Positions 11,056 through 21,557 are shown, counted from the stretch's first letter. The stretch: DNA of 64,000 nucleotides from Blastocatellia bacterium (GCA_963765495.1 CAVXWP010000002.1:352001-416000); one strand, 5' to 3'. Translations and numbers: made by a program. Notes: generated from the letters alone by a model not told the origin.

Positions 11056-12390
11056 ATGTTTCTCATAATCCTCACACTGGCGCTGATTGTGGCGCTTGAT
11101 GCAAGTTGCGCAAGGCGACCGAAAGAGACTTATGTCCCCCCGCCGCCGACAATCGCTCCGCCAGAAATTGATCCGTGGAAAGTGGCCGCAAACAAGGTCG
11201 AAGAGGACCGGGGCGAGGTAACAGGACGCAAGGCCGAGGTTGAAGTGCCTGCCGAGTTGAAACACTACAGCGACCGCCGCCGGTTCTTAGCCGTGCAGGT
11301 GGCCGAATGGCTGAAGCAAAATTATGAAATCCCCCGCGATTACACAGACCTCGTAGCCTTGATTCGCCGCGACCACCTTGTCGAAATTGACCCGGTAGGC
11401 GATTTCTATATCATCTACGGCGTTGGAGGAAATGCTACAGACGAACCTTTCACTCATTATGACAAGAAGACGGGCAAAGACATCGAGTTGTTTGCCAGCC
11501 TGGAAGATTATCAGAAAGAAGACATCCGGCTGGGCGATTCGATAAAAGAGCTTCAAACGAAGATAGCCGACCTGAATGCTGAGTATAAAAAGACAGGCAG
11601 GCGAGACCGCGCGCGCCGCAGGGAGTTGCAAAGCCAGATGGCAGAAAGCCGAAAGGCCCTCACGGAAGTGGAAAAGAACCGGAACCTGCTTGCCTCCTTT
11701 TACAAGAAGGAGGCGACCCGCAAGCTTTTGCTCTCCGAATATCAGGAGCTTTCCAACTTTGCGCAGGATTTCGACGGGCGGTCTTATGATTTACAAGACC
11801 CGGCGGATCGTCGTAAGCTGAAGGTCAGATTGCTCAGCTTCCTGCGGCCCGAGGCGCGCGATGTGATGATCGAGATCGCCCGCGCCTACAGCGAAAAATT
11901 CGACCGGCCCCTGCCGATAACTTCGCTTGTGCGGACCGAAAGATACCAGCACCTGTTAAACGAAACAAACAAGAATGCCACGCTCATCGACGTGCCTCCG
12001 CACACTACGGGGCTCGCATTCGATATTTATGATAAGTACATGACGGCCGAAGAGCAAAACGCATTGATGGCTGAAATCTCAAGCCTTGAATCGGCAGGCC
12101 GCGTAGAAGCTCTGCGCGAAAACCGCGATCATATCCACGTGTTCGCCTTTGCCGACGGAGTGCGTCCGAGCGAAGAATTGATCAGCAAGGCGCTTGGCGA
12201 AGTGACCGGCTCAAAACCGGCCGGAAAGACCACGGTCAAACGCGCCGGAAAAAGAAAACAATCAAGAGGCGCATCTGCCGCCCGATCACGCAACGGCAAG
12301 AGATCGTCAAAGAGTACGAGGGCTTCGAAAGCCGGTGGCAGGAGAACAGGCACCGAGGCAAAGGCCGGCCCCGGAAGCGATGCCAATTAG
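11056..12390 (+). CDS. Putative exported/lipoprotein with DUF5715-like (M15/DD-peptidase fold) domain
   Basis: Hydrophobic leader ending in ASC, coiled coil, ITSLVRT...HTTGLAFDI...HIHV Zn-peptidase-like motifs, basic tail. Confidence 0.65.
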   Translation: MFLIILTLALIVALDASCARRPKETYVPPPPTIAPPEIDPWKVAANKVEEDRGEVTGRKAEVEVPAELKHYSDRRRFLAVQVAEWLKQNYEIPRDYTDLVALIRRDHLVEIDPVGDFYIIYGVGGNATDEPFTHYDKKTGKDIELFASLEDYQKEDIRLGDSIKELQTKIADLNAEYKKTGRRDRARRRELQSQMAESRKALTEVEKNRNLLASFYKKEATRKLLLSEYQELSNFAQDFDGRSYDLQDPADRRKLKVRLLSFLRPEARDVMIEIARAYSEKFDRPLPITSLVRTERYQHLLNETNKNATLIDVPPHTTGLAFDIYDKYMTAEEQNALMAEISSLESAGRVEALRENRDHIHVFAFADGVRPSEELISKALGEVTGSKPAGKTTVKRAGKRKQSRGASAARSRNGKRSSKSTRASKAGGRRTGTEAKAGPGSDAN

Positions 12391-12410
12391 GGCAGATCAG
12401 GCTCCAAATA

Positions 12411-13220
12411 ATGAAGATGAGAGAACGTCTCGACAAGGTCGTAGTTGAGCGGGGGCTTGCTGAAAGCCGGACCCGCGCTCAAGCCCTGATACTTGCGGGT
12501 CAGGTGCTGGTCCGCGACCAGCGAATTGATAAGCCCGGCCAGATGGTTGACGCGGAAGCGGAGATACGAATAAAAGGCGAAACGCCAAGATATGTGAGCC
12601 GTGGCGGCCTCAAACTCGAAGCCGCCTTGGAGCAGTTCGGCCTGTCGCCCGAGCGAAAGATTTGCATAGACATTGGAGCCTCGACCGGGGGCTTTACCGA
12701 TTGCCTGCTTCAACACGGGGCCGCTCGCGTCTGGGCGGTTGATGTGGGTCATAATCAACTGGCGTGGAAAATCCGAATCGACCCTCGCGTCGAAGCGTTT
12801 GAAGGCTTCAACGCCCGTCACCTCGACGAGGAAACTTTTCTCGATAAATTTGACATCGCGACGATAGACGTTTCTTTTATTTCGCTCTCAATAATCCTGC
12901 CCGCCGTGAAGCGGGTTATTACGCCCACGGCCGATGTGATCGCACTCGTAAAGCCTCAATTCGAAGTGGGCAAAGGCGAGGTAGGCAGGGGCGGAATCGT
13001 CACTGACCCGCTCAAGCACCGCCGCGTGCTCTGTGAAGTTCGAGATGCGGCCCGCGCCACGGGGCTTAGAGCGGTCGGATTGATCGCCTCACCCATCTTT
13101 GGCGCGGAAGGCAATCGCGAGTTTCTCATTCACTTGAAACAGGTAACTTCCGGGAAAATGGATCCTATTGAGAACATCATTACTGAACTGACATCTGAAA
13201 CCGATAACCCCTCTTTGTAA
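12411..13220 (+). CDS. tlyA: TlyA family rRNA (cytidine-2'-O)-methyltransferase
   Basis: S4 domain RLDKVVVERGL, YVSRGGLKL, DIGASTGGFTD, DVSFISL, KPQFE, GNREF. Confidence 0.95.
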   Translation: MKMRERLDKVVVERGLAESRTRAQALILAGQVLVRDQRIDKPGQMVDAEAEIRIKGETPRYVSRGGLKLEAALEQFGLSPERKICIDIGASTGGFTDCLLQHGAARVWAVDVGHNQLAWKIRIDPRVEAFEGFNARHLDEETFLDKFDIATIDVSFISLSIILPAVKRVITPTADVIALVKPQFEVGKGEVGRGGIVTDPLKHRRVLCEVRDAARATGLRAVGLIASPIFGAEGNREFLIHLKQVTSGKMDPIENIITELTSETDNPSL

Positions 13221-13257
13221 GGGTATCGGCTGAAATCTCGCGTCTTAAATATATTGA

Positions 13258-13286
13258 TTGACAAATCTAATACCCAGGAGTAGAAC
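13258..13286 (+). promoter_or_regulatory. Putative sigma70 promoter of the kinase gene
   Basis: TTGACA-N17-TAGAAC in an AT-rich intergenic region; the -10 is imperfect. Confidence 0.4.
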
Positions 13287-13389
13287 CTTCCTACAGAGCG
13301 TAAATGGCTGAAACCAATAACAGACCGCTTGAGTCTATTTGTATCAGGCAACCTTTTTCCTATCCCAGTATTGCCTAGAGGTAGAATCA

Positions 13390-16386
13390 TTGATAACTGA
13401 TGTGATTTCGCATTATCGAGTTCTAGGAAAGCTCGGCTCTGGAGGGATGGGCAAGGTTTTTCTTGCAGAGGATATAAAGCTCGGGCGTAGAGTTGCTATC
13501 AAGTTTCTGCTTGAAAAAGGGGGAGAGGATGATCTGGCAAGGAAGCGGCTGATAAGAGAGGCGCAAGCGGCTGCCGCTTTGGATCATCCGAACATTTGCG
13601 CCATCCACGAGATAAACGACGAAGGGCCTCGCCCCTTTATCGTGATGCAGTATATCGAGGGAGACAATCTCGCGAAAAAGATAAAAGACCATCCTCTTGA
13701 ACTCGCAGAGATAATTGAGATAGCAGAGCAGTTGATCGGGGCGCTCATCGAAGCGCATTCGCGCGGGATTATTCATAGAGATATAAAACCCCAGAATATA
13801 ATCGTCACCGCTCGGGGGCAAATAAAGATTTTGGACTTCGGGCTCGCAAAGATACTCCCTGAGTCTAAGACGGTACAGACGGAATCGGACACACTGAGTC
13901 AACTGACTGAAGCCGGTCAAGTAGTGGGAACCGCCGGGTACATGTCCCCCGAACTGTTAAAAGGCGAGCCGGTTGATTCTCGCACAGACATTTTCTCGCT
14001 GGGAGTGGTTCTTTATAACTGCGCCACGGGCAAGGCTACTTTTACAGGGTCCAGCACGCTTGAGATTTGCTTAAAGGTAATCCAGTTTGAACCTCCAAAA
14101 CCCTCCGACATCAACCCGGAAGTGCCAAAGGAGATGGAAAGAATAATCCTCAAGGCAATGGCAAGAGATGTTGATGCTCGCTACCAGACTGCAAGTGATT
14201 TGCTCTCGGATCTATTAGAGCTAAAAGCAACTTTGCGGGAAGAGAGTCAGATACGCACAAGTATAATGGCGCACGCGCAGGCCCCTCTACATTTTAGAGT
14301 TCCGGCGCAATTATCCGGCCTGCTGCGAGGGAAGCCGCTAAAGTTCGCCTTCCTGATCGCTCCGGTTTTCCTGATTCTGGTTGTATGGTTAGCCCTGCCC
14401 CTTTTGCGTGGCGCTCATCATATTCCACCTCCCGAGGCAAGGCTCTGGTTCGATAGAGGGACAAACGCCATACGCGAAGGCAGTTACTATCAGGCGACCA
14501 AGGCCCTGAACCACGCCCTTGAGTTGGACAACAATTTTGCGCTCGCGCATGCGCGGCTGGCAGAGGCATATATGGAGGTCGACTCCAGTGACAGGGCAAA
14601 AGAAGAGATTCTCACAGCCATATCTTTAGTCTCTGATCGAACCGCGCTTCCGAAGTTAGACGCCATATATCTGGACGCCATCGTCGCTACGGTGAGGCGA
14701 GAGCTTACGGGAGCTATCGCGTATTACCAGGAGATTGTTCGGCAAGCACCCGAATCTGAGAAATCGAGCGCATATATGGACCTTGGCCGCGCATACGAAA
14801 AGAATGAAGATATAGACAAAGCCATAGAGTTATATCAGAAAGCGGCCCATCTTGCGCCTGAATCACCCGGCGCTTTCCTTCGACTGGCAATCCTTTACGG
14901 GCGAAAACAGGATATTAAAAGCGCCTCAGACGCATTCGATAAGGCTGAAAAGATATACAGCGACTTGAGCAACCAGGAAGGAACAGCCGAAGTGTTTTTC
15001 CAGCGCGGGGTCATGCTCAATAAGATCAATAAAATCGAAGACGCGCGTGTTCAGCTTGAGAAGGCTCTGTCAATTGCCCGCCAGATTGATAACAAATATC
15101 AGCAGATCAGGGCGCAGCTTCAGTTGAGCACGGTCTATATCGAAGATAATGCCGAGGTTGCCAGGAGCACCGCGACGGAGGCCATAAACCTGGCGCAGGC
15201 TAACAACCTGCGAAACCTTGCAGTAAACGGCCTCATAGATCTCGGATATACATTCCTGCGTCGCGGGGAATATGATGAGGCCGACAGGTACTTCAAACAG
15301 GCGCTGGATTTTGCGCGTGTGGATAATGCGCCTAGAAATGAGGCCAGAGCCTTGCTCGCTCTGGGGATGTTAAACGTGACTCAGGGTAATGATGATGAGG
15401 GAATTCATCTCCTCGAACAGGCGCTTGCGTTCTATAAACCAGCAGGCTATCGCAAAGAGACCTCGCTTGCTTTGACGATGATGGGTCGCGCCCAGCGCAG
15501 CAAAGGCAATTACGAGGAAGCAATAAAGATATTCGAAGAACAGCTACACCTCTCCGAAGAGCTTGGAGATTCTGCGATGGTGGCCGATTCGCACCTGAGC
15601 CTGGCCCTCACCTGCGCTGACCAGGAGCGATACCCGGAGGCGCTCCCGCATATTGAAGAGAGCTATAAAATAGATAAATCCTCAGGGTTTCTAATGAATA
15701 CCGGATACGATGAAATGAATAGAGCCGAAAGTCTCGGGCAGTTAGGCCGGTATGACGAAGCGCGCAGTTCTCTCAGCAAAGCACTCTCGATAGCCAGTCG
15801 CCCTGAGGCTGAATTCAAGACCTTGCAGGCGTGGGTGCATATGATATATGCGCAGATCGCGCTCAGTGAGCGGAACCTCGCGGAGGCCATAAAAGAAGGC
15901 CGACAGGTGCTGGAATTGGCCGGGAAAGACCGCGATTTGACGACACAGGCAAAGTGTTCGATAGGTCTCGCGCAGGCCCTGTCAGGGGAGTCAAAGACTG
16001 CGATTACAGATTGCGAGGAGGCCGTCGCCGTTGCCAGAGAGACAAAAAGCCCGAGTTTGGTTTCTAGCGCGCTTCTATCGCTCGCCGAGGTGATGCTGCA
16101 AGCTAAAGATGCAAAGGGCGCGATAGCGACCGCGTTGCAGGCGCAGGAGATGTTTGCTCGCGCGGGTCAGAGGGAATCAGAGTGGCGATCTTTGCTTGTT
16201 GCGGCAACCGCCAGCCAGATCGCGGGCAACATGGCGCAAGCCGCAGATTATGCGGCGCGCTCCGATAGCCTGCTTTCTGCGCTTCAGCAAGATTGGGGAG
16301 CCCAGGTATTTGAGGGTTACACGAGACGACCGGATATTCGATCATATCGTAATCAATTAGCCCAATTACTCAGAATTAAAAATTGA
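13390..16386 (+). CDS. Hanks-type Ser/Thr protein kinase with TM segment and long C-terminal TPR array
   Basis: GSGGMG, VAIK, HRDIKPQN, DFG, YMSPE; hydrophobic FAFLIAPVFLILVVWLALPLL; many TPR repeats; GAGG RBS before TTG 13390. Confidence 0.9.
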   Translation: MITDVISHYRVLGKLGSGGMGKVFLAEDIKLGRRVAIKFLLEKGGEDDLARKRLIREAQAAAALDHPNICAIHEINDEGPRPFIVMQYIEGDNLAKKIKDHPLELAEIIEIAEQLIGALIEAHSRGIIHRDIKPQNIIVTARGQIKILDFGLAKILPESKTVQTESDTLSQLTEAGQVVGTAGYMSPELLKGEPVDSRTDIFSLGVVLYNCATGKATFTGSSTLEICLKVIQFEPPKPSDINPEVPKEMERIILKAMARDVDARYQTASDLLSDLLELKATLREESQIRTSIMAHAQAPLHFRVPAQLSGLLRGKPLKFAFLIAPVFLILVVWLALPLLRGAHHIPPPEARLWFDRGTNAIREGSYYQATKALNHALELDNNFALAHARLAEAYMEVDSSDRAKEEILTAISLVSDRTALPKLDAIYLDAIVATVRRELTGAIAYYQEIVRQAPESEKSSAYMDLGRAYEKNEDIDKAIELYQKAAHLAPESPGAFLRLAILYGRKQDIKSASDAFDKAEKIYSDLSNQEGTAEVFFQRGVMLNKINKIEDARVQLEKALSIARQIDNKYQQIRAQLQLSTVYIEDNAEVARSTATEAINLAQANNLRNLAVNGLIDLGYTFLRRGEYDEADRYFKQALDFARVDNAPRNEARALLALGMLNVTQGNDDEGIHLLEQALAFYKPAGYRKETSLALTMMGRAQRSKGNYEEAIKIFEEQLHLSEELGDSAMVADSHLSLALTCADQERYPEALPHIEESYKIDKSSGFLMNTGYDEMNRAESLGQLGRYDEARSSLSKALSIASRPEAEFKTLQAWVHMIYAQIALSERNLAEAIKEGRQVLELAGKDRDLTTQAKCSIGLAQALSGESKTAITDCEEAVAVARETKSPSLVSSALLSLAEVMLQAKDAKGAIATALQAQEMFARAGQRESEWRSLLVAATASQIAGNMAQAADYAARSDSLLSALQQDWGAQVFEGYTRRPDIRSYRNQLAQLLRIKN

Positions 16387-16417
16387 AACGAAACTCTGTT
16401 AAAAAGGAGCGAATCTA

Positions 16418-16540
16418 ATGTCAACAAAACAACCCCCTCCCAGAGGCGGCAGTGATAAGCCAGGCGACAACAAAACAAATAAAAAGAGTGGAGCAAAGAA
16501 AGTCGGGTCAGCAACCAAAAAAACCGGGAAGAAGAATTAA
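16418..16540 (+). CDS. Small Lys/Gly/Pro-rich peptide (40 aa), not in the ORF track
   Basis: AAGGAG RBS 8 nt upstream of ATG 16418; reads MSTKQPPPRGGSDKPGDNKTNKKSGAKKVGSATKKTGKKN*. Confidence 0.55.
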   Translation: MSTKQPPPRGGSDKPGDNKTNKKSGAKKVGSATKKTGKKN

Positions 16541-16661
16541 GACTCTAATACCTGTCCTACGGGATTGCTCAAAGGTCATCAACTATGCGATCCGTTCAAG
16601 AAAGTGGACGGGGTTCGGGTGTGGTGTGTTTCGGTCAGCCCGATCTTAAAGGAGAGCCGTC

Positions 16662-18659
16662 ATGCAGGAACAGGATGATGTAAGGGGCGGGGAACAATTT
16701 CTCAGCTTTAGCAGTCAGAACATCAAAAAGATTATCAGGAAATCGAGAACCCTGTCGGATTTCATGGAAGTGTTTGATAGCCAGAGAGGGCTCTCCAGGA
16801 GCGAGCGGTTGAGCATAGTTGCTCAAGCTCTGGTATTGCTTGATATGAACTACGTTCACCTTCCGCTTAAACGGGCTATGCACGCCGTTGACCCGATACA
16901 GAGGCTCAAGTTGCTAAAGTTTCGCCTTGCCGAAATGAGCGAGAGCGAAATGCCCAGCGAGATGCTCTTTCACCAGAGGATGCTGGAGATATTCACTTCG
17001 GCCCGCGACATCCACACGATGTATTTATTGCCCGCGCCCTTTAACGACATGACTGCCTATCTTCCGTTTCTGATCGAAGAGTACTTTGAGAAGAGACAGC
17101 AAAAATTCATGGTTTCACGAATCGTCGAAAACTATTACGACCCGCTGAGAGACAAAGGCCCTGAGTATCTCAATTATGAACCCGGCGTGGAGGTGCTTTA
17201 CTGGAACGGAATGCCGATAGGGCGAGCCATAGAGGTCAACGGTGAGAAACAGGCCGGAAGCAATATCGAAGCACGGTTCGCGCGAGGTCTCGATAACCTT
17301 ACAATCCGACCGATGGGCACATCCCTGCCGCCAGATGAAAGGTGGGTAACCTTAACCTACAAGTCTATGAAAAAGGGCGGCGCGGAATTTGAGATGAAGC
17401 AGGAATGGCTGGTCTTCAACCCTAGAGAAATCGAGAGGAAGAAGGACACACAGGACGTGCATCGAATTCGAGAACAAATATCCGTGAGGACAGACCAAAA
17501 ACGAGCCGTCGATCAAAAAAAGACAGAGATCAACCGTGTTAAGAAAATTCTCTATCCTGGAATTCAACAAAATGATTCGGACGATTTTCAAAGAGATGTG
17601 ATAAAGACCAGAATGGCCGATACGCTACGGGCCGAGCGCATAAGAGTCCATGGAAGAGAGATTGGATACATAAGGATTTTTACTTTTGAAGTAACGCCGA
17701 CCCGTCTGGTAAACGGGATTATGCGTATCCTCGTGTCCAGATCATTTCCAAAGGAAGGTCTGATTCTGGATGTTCGGGGCAATGGCGGCGGTCAGATTGA
17801 TGCGGGAGAGCGGTTGCTTCAGTTATTCACTCCCAGAAGGATAAAGCCGGAGTTGTTTGAGTTTATCAATACGCCTTTGAATCTTGAGATATGTAGGAAT
17901 GCTCCGAAAAACTGGGAACTGTCAAAGTGGGCCAAATCAATCGCAGAATCTGTTATGACTAACGCCACCTATTCTTCCGGTTTTCCTATTACCTCTGAAG
18001 CGTCTTGCAACGATATAGGTCAGGTCTATTATGGGCCTGTCGTGCTTATCACAGATGCCTTGTCTTACAGTGCAACCGACATTTTTGCGGCAGGATTTCA
18101 GGATAACGAAATTGGAAAAATTCTGGGCACAAGCGGGAATACTGGCGCAGGCGGCGCAAACGTTTGGCCGTTAAGGGATTTGAGAATCGCTCTGGGGAAA
18201 CAAGAGAAGGGTCCGTTTACCTCTCTGCCAAGAGGCACGGGGATGTCTGTTGCCGTTCGCCGTAGTGTTCGAGTCGGCAAGCACTCTGGACGACCCCTTG
18301 AGGAGTTGGGAATCATTCCAGACCACAGACATTACATGACGCGGAATGATCTTCTGGGCAGGAACAGGGATCTGATTAAGCAGGCTGCAAAATTGTTGAT
18401 AAAAGAACCCGTTTATGGAATCTCGGTCAAACTCCTACAAAACCGCGATCAGTCCAGAACGATAGAGGTCACAACCAAAAACATTTCAAGACTCGATATA
18501 TACATTAATGATCGCCCGTTTAAAACGATAGACACTACGGATGAAACGATGCGGGTCGGTAAGATACCCCAAGGAATGAAAGAGACGAAATCTATCCTGC
18601 TATTGAAAGGGTTTAATAAATCCGGCACTCTTATTGCGTCGTGCAGGCGCTCAATCTGA
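16662..18659 (+). CDS. S41 family peptidase, CPAF-like, no signal peptide
   Basis: RDIHT, LILDVRGNGGG, SYSATDIF, GAGGANV, LEELGIIPD; AAGGAG RBS. Confidence 0.85.
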   Translation: MQEQDDVRGGEQFLSFSSQNIKKIIRKSRTLSDFMEVFDSQRGLSRSERLSIVAQALVLLDMNYVHLPLKRAMHAVDPIQRLKLLKFRLAEMSESEMPSEMLFHQRMLEIFTSARDIHTMYLLPAPFNDMTAYLPFLIEEYFEKRQQKFMVSRIVENYYDPLRDKGPEYLNYEPGVEVLYWNGMPIGRAIEVNGEKQAGSNIEARFARGLDNLTIRPMGTSLPPDERWVTLTYKSMKKGGAEFEMKQEWLVFNPREIERKKDTQDVHRIREQISVRTDQKRAVDQKKTEINRVKKILYPGIQQNDSDDFQRDVIKTRMADTLRAERIRVHGREIGYIRIFTFEVTPTRLVNGIMRILVSRSFPKEGLILDVRGNGGGQIDAGERLLQLFTPRRIKPELFEFINTPLNLEICRNAPKNWELSKWAKSIAESVMTNATYSSGFPITSEASCNDIGQVYYGPVVLITDALSYSATDIFAAGFQDNEIGKILGTSGNTGAGGANVWPLRDLRIALGKQEKGPFTSLPRGTGMSVAVRRSVRVGKHSGRPLEELGIIPDHRHYMTRNDLLGRNRDLIKQAAKLLIKEPVYGISVKLLQNRDQSRTIEVTTKNISRLDIYINDRPFKTIDTTDETMRVGKIPQGMKETKSILLLKGFNKSGTLIASCRRSI

Positions 18660-18800
18660 AAGCGGGTCGGCCCAATCTTGAAGACTGTTCCAATAATGGC
18701 TGACCCGGGAAGCGGTTGTAAATTTTTCCGCCCCAGCTTGTTCGGTCGGCAGCCGATACTTTAAAATCGTTTCGCCGTGTTGGAATGATTGCGCTACTTT

Positions 18801-20015
18801 ATGCTCGCCACTTTCACACATCTCTTAGGCCCAAGAAAAGGAGAATGCGAACGCTTCGAATCCACCAGGATTTCGATAGGCCGCGCCCCCGATAATGACC
18901 TGATCTTCGGCGATAATGAAAGACGCGTCTCATCTCATCACGCAGAGATAATCCGCCGGATAGACCATTATGTCCTGCGCGATCTTGGCTCAACCAACGG
19001 GACCATGATCAACGGTCGCCGCGTCATCACAAGCGAAATAAGACCCGACGATCTGCTTGAATTCGGGGCAGGAGGCCCGCTTCTGCGCTTTGGCATCGAA
19101 CCCAAATCGGAAACCGGCGAGACACAAGAACCTGTTTCCGCACCGGGTTCTTCGAACCAGTCCGGGCAGGTAGAACCAGTTGCGAGCCGCAGCGTCATCG
19201 AAAAACTCGTCAATCGCGCCTTTCGCGCTCGATTGAGCAATAGGAGGCTTATCGCTGCCATAGTTCTGGCTATGATCCTCGGAGCGGTCGCGGGCATACT
19301 GCTCTCATCAAGGATCAGAGGAGCCAATCCGGTTGATTTGAGCTTTGCAGAAGTGGCGGCGCGGAATCATTCGGCGGTAGTCTTTATCCGCGTCGAGTTT
19401 GAGCTTTTGGATGCTGCCGGGCAGGTGGTCTCTTCCGATGCCCGCACAGGGTCGGGGTTCGTAGTCTCAACAAAAGGGCTGATCGTAACAAACCGGCATC
19501 TGATTCAGGATTGGGAGTACAGCCAGCCCGCAGTGGCCTATTCCGGGCGCACGACTAAAATAGAAGTGGTCTTTCCCGGTCAGACGCGTGAACAGGCGAT
19601 ACCGGCCGCGCTCTACCGGCTTTCAGCCTTCAAACAGACGGATGTCGCGATATTGAAGATCGAACCGCCGCCGGGCCTGCGCCCTGTCTTTGGCATCGAA
19701 AGCGATCTGAGCCATATAAATCAAGGCGAAGAGGTGGCCGTTATAGGCTATCCTCTGGGTCGGGACCTGATGCGACTGACCGGAGATGAACGGCTTGAGA
19801 CATCGCTTTCAACCGGAGTCGTCAGCCGCGTCAGTCAGGATTTTATCCAGCTCTATCTGCGCGCCTATCGCGGAAACAGCGGCGGCCCGGTCCTCAATCG
19901 GCGCGGTCGTGTTATAGGCATTCTCACTTCAAATATAGGGAGCGCCGAAGACATCGCCCTCGCTACTCCGATAGCAGCGGCTATGAACCTGATAAAGGAT
20001 GAGCCCGCGCAATGA
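18801..20015 (+). CDS. FHA domain - TM - trypsin-like (S1) serine protease
   Basis: FHA motifs IGR..DND, VSSHHA, DLGSTNGT; one TM; protease TNRH, TDVAIL, GNSGGP. Confidence 0.88.
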   Translation: MLATFTHLLGPRKGECERFESTRISIGRAPDNDLIFGDNERRVSSHHAEIIRRIDHYVLRDLGSTNGTMINGRRVITSEIRPDDLLEFGAGGPLLRFGIEPKSETGETQEPVSAPGSSNQSGQVEPVASRSVIEKLVNRAFRARLSNRRLIAAIVLAMILGAVAGILLSSRIRGANPVDLSFAEVAARNHSAVVFIRVEFELLDAAGQVVSSDARTGSGFVVSTKGLIVTNRHLIQDWEYSQPAVAYSGRTTKIEVVFPGQTREQAIPAALYRLSAFKQTDVAILKIEPPPGLRPVFGIESDLSHINQGEEVAVIGYPLGRDLMRLTGDERLETSLSTGVVSRVSQDFIQLYLRAYRGNSGGPVLNRRGRVIGILTSNIGSAEDIALATPIAAAMNLIKDEPAQ

Positions 20016-20286
20016 ATGATCGAGAATGGATGTGAAAAACAACAAATCTACTGCGTTCTTGATGAGAAGGCTTTGATTTTCTTGAAAGATTGATTGACAT
20101 TGATGTGAATGGTTGGGAATGAACTTAGATTTCCTGTCGGTCAATGGCACAATCTTTCAAATTGAGATAAAGTTCAGCAGAAGACCTGACCGGGCTTGAG
20201 TGATAGTGGGCAGGATCAACCGAAGTTTCAACACTCTCCGCTCCTATATCGCATTGGGCTTGTACAGAATAGAAAGGGAATAATGA

Positions 20287-21480
20287 ATGAGCGATCAACC
20301 ACAACACGCCCCGGAGCGCATCACTTACGAAAGATTCCAGCCGCCTGAACGGGTACTCCTAGGCCCCGGCCCGAGCCCTGTCGAAGATCGCGTGCTTGAA
20401 GCCATGGCCGCGCCCGTGCTCGGCCATCTCGATCCGCTTTTCCTGAAATGCATGGACGACATTCAGGAGATGCTCCGCTATGTATTCGAGACCTCAAACC
20501 GGCTGACCATTCCCATTTCAGGAACCGGCAGCGCAGGCATGGAAGCCGCGCTTGTAAATATTATCGAGCCGGGCGATGAAGTCATAGTCTGCATCCACGG
20601 CGTATTCGGCGAGCGAATGCACGAGATCATCGAACGCGCGGGCGGAACACCCATTGCCATCAGGACCGAATGGGGGCGACCTACGGATAAGAACCGCATA
20701 GAAGACGCTTTCAAGTCCCACAACCCGCGCGCCATTGCGATAGTCCACGCCGAGACTTCCACGGGTGTGCTCCAGGATTTATCGGGGCTCGGCGAACTGG
20801 CTCACAGCCGCGACGCGCTGCTGATAGTCGATGCGGTCACATCGCTCGGCGGTCACCCGGTCGGCGTAGACCGCAACCATATCGATGTCTGTTATTCGGG
20901 CACTCAAAAATGTCTGGGCGCGCCTCCCGGTCTTGCGCCAATTACGTTTTCAGACATCGCGGTTGAAAGCATTCGCTCGCGCCGCTCAAAGGTGCAAAGC
21001 TGGTATCTGGACATGACCATGGTAGAGCGATACTGGGGCGCGGATCGCGCATACCATCACACCGCGCCTATCTCTATGAACTATGCCCTGCGCGAGGCGC
21101 TGCGTATCGTATACACGGAAGGGCTTGAATCGAGGTGGGAGAGGCACAGGGCGAATCATCTTGCGCTTGTCGCGGGGCTTGAAGCGATGGGGCTCGAGAT
21201 GCTTGTCGCGCCCGGTGATCGCCTGTGGAGCCTCAATGCCGTTCGCGTGCCCGAAGGCGTAGACGACGGGCGAGTGCGGGCTCGATTGCTTAATGATTTT
21301 AACATCGAAATAGGCGGCGGTCTCGGCCCGCTCAAGAACAGGTTATGGAGGATCGGATTGATGGGTTCCGGCAGCACGCGAGAAAACGTATTGCTGGTGC
21401 TTGACGGCCTTCGCAGCGCGCTCGCAGGCGAAGGCTACGATTGCCCATCAGGAATCGAGGCGGCCTCTCGCATCGCGTGA
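20287..21480 (+). CDS. Alanine-glyoxylate/serine-pyruvate aminotransferase (class V)
   Basis: [36 protein letters not shown]. Confidence 0.92.
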   Translation: MSDQPQHAPERITYERFQPPERVLLGPGPSPVEDRVLEAMAAPVLGHLDPLFLKCMDDIQEMLRYVFETSNRLTIPISGTGSAGMEAALVNIIEPGDEVIVCIHGVFGERMHEIIERAGGTPIAIRTEWGRPTDKNRIEDAFKSHNPRAIAIVHAETSTGVLQDLSGLGELAHSRDALLIVDAVTSLGGHPVGVDRNHIDVCYSGTQKCLGAPPGLAPITFSDIAVESIRSRRSKVQSWYLDMTMVERYWGADRAYHHTAPISMNYALREALRIVYTEGLESRWERHRANHLALVAGLEAMGLEMLVAPGDRLWSLNAVRVPEGVDDGRVRARLLNDFNIEIGGGLGPLKNRLWRIGLMGSGSTRENVLLVLDGLRSALAGEGYDCPSGIEAASRIA

Positions 21481-21557
21481 TACGTGATCCGTGATTTTCA
21501 GGGAAATGGCTGTTAACAGGTAATTGCCAATCTCCGGGTCACGCATCACGAATCACG
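21476..21557. repeat. Heptamer-armed element (family A) with conserved core
   Basis: Core ATGGCTGTTAACAGGTAATTGCCAATCTCCGGG is identical to the one at about 31915-31947. Confidence 0.8.
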
